Shown here: piece by piece, positions 63,721 to 64,000 of the stretch
How the letters are laid out: every line of letters begins with the position of its first letter
How positions within the stretch are numbered: the stretch's first letter is position 1
DNA from: an uncultured delta proteobacterium
GTDB taxonomy: Bacteria > Myxococcota_A > Polyangia > Fen-1088
DNA: 64,000 bases
NCBI GenBank assembly: GCA_963796685.1
Contig: CAWCMR010000010.1
Span: forward strand, 96,001 to 160,000
Direction: 5' to 3'
The notes under the pieces: generated by a model
What the model saw: the letters and a program-made list of their open reading frames with translations, nothing else
Database searches by the model: none
What the model was told of the DNA's origin: nothing
Program-made: the position numbers and the translations under genes

Positions 63721-63802
63721 GTCAGCCTGTCTCGCGGCATCTTCCCACCGCTCGGGATTTCGTACATCCTCGAATCATTCATACGAAAGACTCCCGGCAT
63801 GG

Positions 63803-64000
63803 TTACACCTCGCGACCAAGATCCAGGTTTTCGCGCAGGCGCGTGTAGGCGCGGTGGGCGCGAACCTTCACGGCGCTGAGCGATACGCCGAGGGTCGCGG
63901 CAACCTCGGGCAGGGGAATCCCGCCGAACCAGTGCAACTCCACCACCTGGCGTTGATCCGGGGAAAGCGTCGCCAGCGCGGCGTGCAAGCGCTCCGCCCG
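63803..64000 (-). CDS. ECF sigma factor, C-terminal region 4 (partial)
   Basis: LSPDQRQVVELHWF...EVAATLGVSLSAVKVRAHRAY. Confidence 0.85.
   Translation of the reverse strand, partial: RAERLHAALATLSPDQRQVVELHWFGGIPLPEVAATLGVSLSAVKVRAHRAYTRLRENLDLGREV

Overview
High-GC bacterial DNA, probably Myxococcota/Polyangia-like (inferred from Gly-rich and Cys-rich lipoproteins). 1-9.3 kb: alpha-glucan/glycogen locus with two GH57 enzymes, three GT4 enzymes, and a partial gene missed by the ORF track that has tandem CBM45-like motifs. 9.4-11.5 kb: integrase relic, two tRNA-Ser genes and nested tandem repeats. 11.5-31.3 kb: mostly metabolic and envelope genes (ECF sigma, MddA-like methyltransferase, AKR, DUF362, pgk, PaaK-like ligase, OFA MFS, ArnT-like GT, Gfo/Idh/MocA-GtrA-aminotransferase operon). 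31.4-57.6 kb: a mirror-symmetric mobile region. At each outer edge a VapBC-type TA pair is followed by a dif-like site and an IS91/ISCR ori-like end. Inside are two broken IS91-like HUH transposase genes, an ISL3, an SNF2 helicase, an MMPL transporter and three different RIT (recombinase-in-trio) elements nested inside each other. Main observation: each RIT sits in the codons of a conserved motif of another mobile-element enzyme (L-R-H of tyrosine recombinases; D-G after HUH and H-G of RYHG in the IS91-like transposase). All three share one junction layout: 6-mer, 20-bp palindrome, inverted synonymous 6-mer, then a 10+7+10 bp terminal repeat. Many single-base frameshifts look like assembly errors. 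All family calls come from reading motifs by eye; no searches were run.
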